Made by a program: the position numbers and the translations under genes. DNA of 64,000 bases from Nitrosopumilus sp. GTDB lineage: Archaea; Thermoproteota; Nitrososphaeria; Nitrososphaerales; Nitrosopumilaceae. The stretch is from contig OZ244651.1 in assembly GCA_965218695.1 (NCBI GenBank), forward strand, positions 576,001-640,000, given 5' to 3'. The stretch's first letter is position 1. Every line of letters starts with the position of its first letter. Shown one piece after another: positions 63,089-64,000 of the stretch. The notes under the pieces were generated by a model, which did no database searches, was not told the origin of the DNA, and saw nothing but the letters and a program-made list of their open reading frames with translations.

Positions 63089-63277
63089 ATGGAAAAGTGC
63101 CACATATGCCAAAAAGACGCCGCAGACGACGTGGGATGCACCAAGTGCGGGAAATACACGTGCAGGCGCCACAGGGTAGGATGCGACTCGTGCTGGGACA
63201 TGTTCTGTACGAACCATGGCCGGAAATGCGGCGGTGCCTGGTACTGCACGTACCACGCAGACAAGCACGGCAAGTAG
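63089..63277 (+). CDS. 62-aa Cys/His-rich microprotein
   Basis: CHIC, CTKC, CRRH, CDSC, CTNH, CTYH; TTTTTATG box at 63062-63069. Confidence 0.75.
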   Translation: MEKCHICQKDAADDVGCTKCGKYTCRRHRVGCDSCWDMFCTNHGRKCGGAWYCTYHADKHGK

Positions 63278-63344
63278 GATGCCGCCATATCCCATGCATT
63301 TTTTGACGCGCAATGCAGATAAGGTATCCAGACCAATACAACCC

Positions 63345-63488
63345 ATGGCAGAATGCGGACATTGTGGCAAAGAGGCTGCAACCGGACGCGCCTGCGATCA
63401 GTGTTTCCGGGACGGCTGGTACCACGGCTGCGGCAAGTCCAAGCGTGCTGCCGGCAAGATGTTCTGTGATCCATGTCTGGGAAAATAA
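63345..63488 (+). CDS. 47-aa zinc-finger microprotein (array paralog 1)
   Basis: MAECGHC...CDQC...GWYHGC...FCDPC. Confidence 0.7.
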   Translation: MAECGHCGKEAATGRACDQCFRDGWYHGCGKSKRAAGKMFCDPCLGK

Positions 63489-63519
63489 CCGCTTATATCA
63501 TATCCAAATCCAGACTCGC

Positions 63520-63666
63520 ATGGAGAAATGTGTCCGCTGCAAGAAAAAACGCCAGGGCGGCGTGCTGAAGGTATGTGATGGTTGCAGGGCCGCCGGATGG
63601 TGTGCTGACTGCGGGCAAACCAAGGCACCGAGCCAAGGCACGTTCTGCGACACATGTGCTCCATAG
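63520..63666 (+). CDS. 48-aa zinc-finger microprotein (array paralog 2)
   Basis: MEKCVRC...CDGC...GWCADC...FCDTC; CTTATATC box at 63492-63499. Confidence 0.75.
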   Translation: MEKCVRCKKKRQGGVLKVCDGCRAAGWCADCGQTKAPSQGTFCDTCAP

Positions 63667-63723
63667 GCTATTCGTAGGCTATTTGTAGATCTGGTGTTTT
63701 TACGATTTTTGAGTTTTGGGTGC

Positions 63724-63864
63724 ATGAGTTTATGTTGGCACTGCCACAAATACCAATACAGCGGCAACAAGCTCTGCAGGAACTGCCGCAAAGAGGGCTG
63801 GTGTGAGTGCTGCGGGCACGAACGCGCCATACGCGGCACGAAGTGGTGCGTAAAGTGCGCGTGA
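63724..63864 (+). CDS. 46-aa zinc-finger microprotein (array paralog 3; not in ORF track)
   Basis: MSLCWHC...CRNC...GWCECC...WCVKC; TTTTTAC box at about 63697. Confidence 0.75.
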   Translation: MSLCWHCHKYQYSGNKLCRNCRKEGWCECCGHERAIRGTKWCVKCA

Positions 63865-63956
63865 ACCAACTTTCCTCCAAAGATCAGGATTTCAAGCCGT
63901 GAAGCAAGTCTGGATGGACGGATTTGCCTTATACGGTTAGCGTACAATGCCATGTG

Positions 63957-64000
63957 ATGGGGGAAATCGGATGTGTTAGATGCGGCGGGCCAATCGGCAC
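63957..64000 (+). CDS. Start of another CxxC microprotein, cut by the window end
   Basis: MGEIGCVRCGGPIG; CTTATAC box at 63928-63934. Confidence 0.5.
   Translation, partial: MGEIGCVRCGGPIG

Noticed and set aside
1-64000. Virion structural module or integrase
   Set aside because: No capsid, portal, terminase, tail or tyrosine recombinase motif was recognised, so virus versus plasmid cannot be decided from this window.

Overview
Archaeal DNA of Nitrososphaerota (Thaumarchaeota, Nitrosopumilaceae-like) affinity: PCNA, PolB1, Mre11, Rad50 and a class II ribonucleotide reductase all resemble thaumarchaeal proteins, and genes have TATA boxes about 25 nt upstream of leaderless starts. The window does not read like a normal chromosome. 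The only recognisable housekeeping genes are for DNA replication, repair and dNTP supply (polB and nrdJ, each with a LAGLIDADG intein; pcn; mre11-rad50; a second, IS-broken rad50; dCMP deaminase), plus two tRNA genes. These are scattered among ORFans, conjugation/pilus-like membrane genes (VirB6/TrbL-like, PrgI/VirB3-like, A24 prepilin peptidase), DNA methyltransferases, PD-(D/E)XK nucleases, a solo TnpB and more than a dozen IS elements or remnants (IS3, ISH3, IS5-like, IS630, IS66). At least 15 cysteine-rich zinc-finger microproteins are present, most with their own promoter, including a tandem array at 63.1-64.0 kb. Non-coding signals include two 40-42 bp near-perfect palindromes with compensatory changes (23.4-23.7 kb), a 13-bp iteron-like tandem array (42.4-42.6 kb) and a shared 38-bp promoter heading two ORFan clusters. 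Best interpretation (inference): part of a large, self-replicating, possibly conjugative extrachromosomal element (megaplasmid or large virus) of an ammonia-oxidising archaeon. A heavily rearranged symbiont chromosome cannot be excluded from this window alone. All family assignments come from motif recognition by eye, not database searches.
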